DNA of 64,000 nt from Chiloscyllium plagiosum (Eukaryota), in contig NC_057719.1 of assembly GCF_004010195.1 (NCBI RefSeq), positions 50,829,008 through 50,893,007 on the forward strand, read 5' to 3'. A program made the position numbers and the translations under genes. Shown here piece after piece: positions 63,810 to 64,000 of this stretch (its first letter is position 1; the number at the start of each line of letters is the position of its first letter). The notes beneath the pieces were generated by a model. It searched no databases. It was given only the letters and a program-made list of their open reading frames with translations, and was not told the origin of the DNA.

Positions 63810-64000
63810 GCTTTAGGGGTAGGTTTGCTCGCTGAACTGTAGGTTTGATATCCAGACATTTCATTACCTGGCTAGGTAACATCATCAGTGGCGACCTCCA
63901 AGTGAAGCGAAGCGAAGCTGTTGTCTCCTGCTTTCTATTTATATGTTTGTCCTGGATGAGGTTCCTGGGGTTTGTGGTGATGTCATTTCCTGTTCATTTT
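63810..64000 (-). mobile_element. Family C PLE terminus running off the window, adjacent to a CR1 fragment (~63590-63805)
   Basis: Homologous to 37317-37520. Confidence 0.8.
63852..63891 (-). ncRNA. Minimal hammerhead motif (family C)
   Basis: CCA CTGATGA T GTTACC tagcca GGTAAT GAA ATGT C TGG. Helix I CCA/TGG covaries with TCA/TGA in the 37634 copy. Confidence 0.72.

Noticed and set aside
63890..63910. Next KIAA0586 exon (DPPSEG-like, gacctccaagtgaag)
   Set aside because: It lies inside the family C repeat and has no acceptor. The real exon is probably beyond the window.

Overview
This is AT-rich, repeat-dense vertebrate DNA. The HE1/V-SINE and HER1/CR1 content points to a cartilaginous fish, most likely a shark; the taxon is an inference. 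The window lies inside the ciliary gene KIAA0586 (TALPID3) on the + strand. Eight internal coding exons with GT-AG boundaries and matching phases join into one open frame: 8624-8707, 25407-25600, 25721-25839, 28840-29024, 32519-32693, 35875-36121, 54735-54985 and 59104-59180. The introns hold HE1 SINEs, CR1/L2 LINE fragments, a decayed Tigger transposase, two Gmr1-type LTR retrotransposon remnants and Penelope-like elements (PLEs). The main signal is a dense set of minimal type-I hammerhead ribozyme motifs (CUGANGA-N-stem II-GAA-[ACGU/AGCU]-H). They belong to four sequence-distinct PLE-derived families and mostly sit in 110-550 bp fold-back cassettes, several flanked by 12-16 bp target-site duplications (TSDs). 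At least two sense-strand copies look intact (33707-33742, 36367-36403). A second notable system is a LINE whose tRNA-like head runs straight into an AP-endonuclease/RT region, accompanied by a short head+tail derivative. No activity or database novelty could be tested. Repeat boundaries are approximate and family names come from recalled consensus sequences.
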